Shown: one piece after another, positions 60,782-64,000 of the stretch
Numbering within the stretch: the first letter of the stretch is position 1
Layout of the letters: the number at the start of each line of letters is the position of its first letter
Source: Callorhinchus milii
Taxonomy: Eukaryota
Direction: 5' to 3'
Length of the DNA stretch: 64,000 nucleotides
NCBI RefSeq assembly: GCF_018977255.1
Contig: NW_024704743.1
Location: 99,884,001-99,948,000 of the forward strand
Notes under the pieces: generated by a model
What the model saw: only the letters and a program-made list of their open reading frames with translations
Databases searched by the model: none
What the model was told of the DNA's origin: nothing
Made by a program: the position numbers and the translations under genes

Positions 60782-62625
60782 GTAATTCTTATTTTTATGC
60801 AAACCAATATATGTTGCCAATTCATTTTAATTTATGTTGTGTTAGTGAAATAACTATTTAAACAGTAACCTTTTTCAAACTGGCAGTAACTGGAAGTTTG
60901 TGGTTGGCTGTTAAATATGCAATCAATAGCTTTTACAGATTGATGTAACTCGGAATCAAGTAGTTGAAGTTGGCCAGTGGAGGCCGAGAGGTTTAGAAAT
61001 TGTGTTTAAAAAAAGAAGAATGTGTTAATTCTACATGTGTTATATCTGCCAGAAGTGTAGAAATATTTCTTCCTCGAGTTTCATTTTAAGAGTACTTATC
61101 CTATAATCCCTACATGGCATTGTGACAGGCGATTAGTTTTAAACATTAGAATTAAATTTAATTGGGAAATGAAGACAACTTTGCCCTTTTTAATTTTACT
61201 TGGATGAGTTGTCGTATTTGGTCAAAAGATAGAAGTTAGGCTTGATTAATCCTAGTTACATAGGATCATACGGGAGTCAGAAAAGACTGCTATGTTGCAT
61301 CTGACCAGCCCATCATACCTGTGGACCATACACCTGACTTCCTATGCTGACGAGCCACCTTCCTGTGTTTAACAGACTGTCAACTTTCCAGGTCATCAGG
61401 TTGCCCCTGTCACTTCTGTGCAGAGGAAGGCACTGCATCATTTCCTGTGACTGCATTCTTTGAATAAGGAGCATACCTCGTGTCACTTTGAAAGAAATGA
61501 CATCGTTGGTACTTCTTCTACATATTGTGAATGGGAGCAACAAGCAAGATTTGTTGTAATGGATTTACTCTATAAAGGAATCAAACTGTCTGTTCACATT
61601 CCCTCTTCTGAACTGAGTTTTGCATTAGTTTACATTTTTGTGAGCGTAAAATTTACTTGAGTTCAGTTTATGTCCTCTTGTATCTTGAATACTTCAATAA
61701 GATCTGCCCTGAATCTTTTTTTCCTCTTGCTCAGATTAGTTTTACACCAATGTATTTGCAAGCTGCTCATCTAGTAAATAATTTTATGATCTTAACATCA
61801 CCAATTGAACAAAATCAGGATGATTTATTAAAAAAAACTTAAAATTTGAGCTGTGTTCGTAGATTAGAAAACATTTTGTTACCAAATAAATGTGAACTGG
61901 TCAATCCACTATGCCTTCGATTTCAGATACCCTTATTTTGGTAAACTATTATCACTTCCTTTTTTAAAAAAAATTAGGATTAATTTAAACCAAATCTTTT
62001 ATCTTGTGGATCTGCTATGAAAATACAGTAGTTTTAGTTCAGAAACCTTAGGGTAGCATATGACACTCTGATTTAAATGCAGGAACTCTAAAATTGTACA
62101 TAATTGACCCTTTTTTCTACACTATGTTTATACATAGTTTTATCTATTGCACAAAAAATACACATGAAGTGGCAGGAATTATCTATGAGAAGTAAGATAG
62201 CCATTACATGCTTTGTTATCAATGGATGCCCTAAAGCAATTGAATAATTTCATGGTACTTAAATGTCTTCCTGTCTTGTTAAAGGCTGTGAGTTCACAAC
62301 CTTTATCTTACTGTTCATCACAGCCAACACTCCATTGTAGATTTGTTTCTAGAATCCAGATTTGTTCAGGAGAGGGGAAGGGAGGTGGGCATGTTATTGG
62401 ATGGAAGGTCAAATAGAAAGCCTGAAGGCAAAAGAGAGGAAAATAATCAAATCAGGATAAGGAAGGACTGACTAAAACTAAAGTAAAAGCTAATTCACTA
62501 GAATATTATGTATGAGCTATTATAAATGAAAATATATTATTCAGAGTTGTTTTTTAAAAGGGCCTGGTGTCATATATATTGGAAACCGATCTCAATGCTT
62601 AAGACTATCTAAACCAGACTGACTT

Positions 62626-62685
62626 TCACACACACCACACTATACACACTACATATATATATATACATACATATACATATAATAT
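62626..62685. repeat. Imperfect (CA)n/(TA)n microsatellite
   Basis: cacacacaccacactatacacactacatatatatatatacatacatatacatat. Confidence 0.8.
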
Positions 62686-63254
62686 AAATGGAATACGCAT
62701 TCTTCCAAAGGGATGCACTCTGCTTACCCAATTCTAAATAGTATTGGGCACAGGTTGGAGAGAGCCAAAGCTTGAGGACCCCAGAGTACATGTCTGGGTA
62801 CTGCTGAAGTTTAACCAGCTAAAACAGCATAGCTTTCCATTGTGAGCACTGACAGGCAAGCTTTCTGCTGCTTGTCCAGCAAGGACCACCCTAGGTGAAA
62901 ATATTTTAATAGTAGGAGAAAAAATTAACAATCAATGGGAAAAAACTTAGAAAGTGGATAAGTGGCATTTCACTGTACTTTGAGACCTGAATTATTTCTA
63001 ATAAAATTGCATACACTTTTGGTGCTTTTTTGCTTTATTATGTATTTAATTCCATTCCTGAACCTTAAGAATCTTACCAGCGCCTTTAGTTTATTTCCTC
63101 CTCCCTCAAAATCTTGAACCTTTCCAAATAGAATTGTCACTCAATTTTTATTAATTTACATAACTGCATAGACTATCATTTGCCTTTATAAGATATGTCT
63201 GGGAAAGTAATGCTTAGGTTTGTTAATTATTTTCTTTTTGTCCTTTGAAATTAG

Positions 63255-63407
63255 GATGCATATAACAATGCGGCTGGTGAGAATCTTGATGGCAAGGTGT
63301 TAGCTACAATTAAAAATGCCAGTGAAGATGATGGTGAGATTCCTCAGTTTCAGGGAAAAGTCAACTTTCTGGAGTTTGAACTCAAGCAAGGTTCTTCTTC
63401 TGTTTCA
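63255..63407 (+). CDS. SMCHD1: SMCHD1 exon 37
   Basis: aattag|GAT...TCA|gtaagt; 153 nt; DAYNNAAGENLDGKVLATIKNASEDDGEIPQFQGKVNFLEFELKQGSSSVS. Confidence 0.9.
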
Positions 63408-63544
63408 GTAAGTTTAAATTGAGCATTTAAAATCCAATTGTAGAACGTGGAAAAAAGTTTCATGAGTGATGGTATTTATAATGGTTGATTTATAGATTCT
63501 ATGGTGTGGGTTTTTGTACTTCTTTCCCCTCTAAGTTTCGAACC

Positions 63545-64000
63545 GGCTAGGTAGAGGGGGCGGGAGTTGGCCGTAAGCACGGTCGAAGAGGAAAGTTTTC
63601 AGGCAGGACTTGAAAAAGGGGAAAGGGGGCAAGGCAGAGGGATTGAGTGAGATTGTTCCAGAGTTTTAGGGCGTAGTGGCTGAAAGTGCGATCTCCGATG
63701 ATGGAGCGGTAGGTGCGAAGTATGAGCAGGAGGCCGGTGCCAATCAAGCAGAGGCGTCGCCGGGTGGTGGATTGGGGAGTGAGAAGGTCGGAGAGATAGG
63801 AAGGTCCCTGGGAGTGAATGAATTTGAACATGAGGATTTGAAGTTAATCCATTCAGTGATGGGGAGCCAGTGGAACCTGGCCAAAACTGGTGAGATGTGG
63901 GTGCATCTAGTTGAATGAGCTGGATCCTTTGAGTGGTGGAGACCAGCGAGAAGTGCGTTTGAGTAATCCAAGCGGGAGATGACAAATGCATGCACGAGGG
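63545..64000 (-). mobile_element. L2 fragment running off the window end
   Basis: Minus peptides HAFVISRLDYSNALLAGL, HWLPITEWINFK, IGDRTFSHYALKLWNNL. Confidence 0.85.

Larger units (their letters stand above)
819..63407 (+). other. SMCHD1: SMCHD1 gene, internal portion (32 coding exons, human-equivalent exons 6-37; gene continues beyond both window ends)
   Basis: All 32 exons have AG/GT boundaries and compatible phases, and join into a 4,078-nt open frame. Peptides such as [56 protein letters not shown] and [18 protein letters not shown] match vertebrate SMCHD1 as recalled. Confidence 0.97.

Overview
Eukaryotic (vertebrate) genomic DNA, not prokaryotic. The whole window lies inside one + strand multi-exon gene that I read as SMCHD1 (GHKL-ATPase/SMC-hinge chromatin silencer). 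I can assemble 32 consecutive GT-AG coding exons (819-63407; numbered 6-37 by comparison with the human gene as I recall it). They total 4,078 nt, join in one uninterrupted frame (~1,359 codons), and cover the C-terminal GHKL ATPase/transducer region and most of the long Ig-like linker. The start and the hinge-coding end lie outside the window. The introns are densely filled with non-LTR retroelements: CR1 and L2 LINE fragments, a young tRNA-Ala(TGC)-derived SINE with an L2-like 3' tail, and older Deu-domain SINEs. There are also a few DNA-transposon (Tigger-like, MITE-like, Helitron-like) remnants. This repeat mix suggests a cartilaginous fish, possibly a chimaera (inference). I see no CRISPR array, rRNA, intact tRNA gene or new protein-coding system; long ORFs outside the exons are retroelement-derived. 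The most interesting signals concern a local SINE/L2 mobilisation system: a shared 3' stem-loop with a compensatory change, tail-matched target sites, an inverted self-insertion and a recurrent truncation point. Also notable are inverted repeats flanking exons, an unexplained near-identical 87-nt intronic duplication and a 19-bp perfect hairpin. Repeat boundaries are approximate and family names come from recall, not from a database search.
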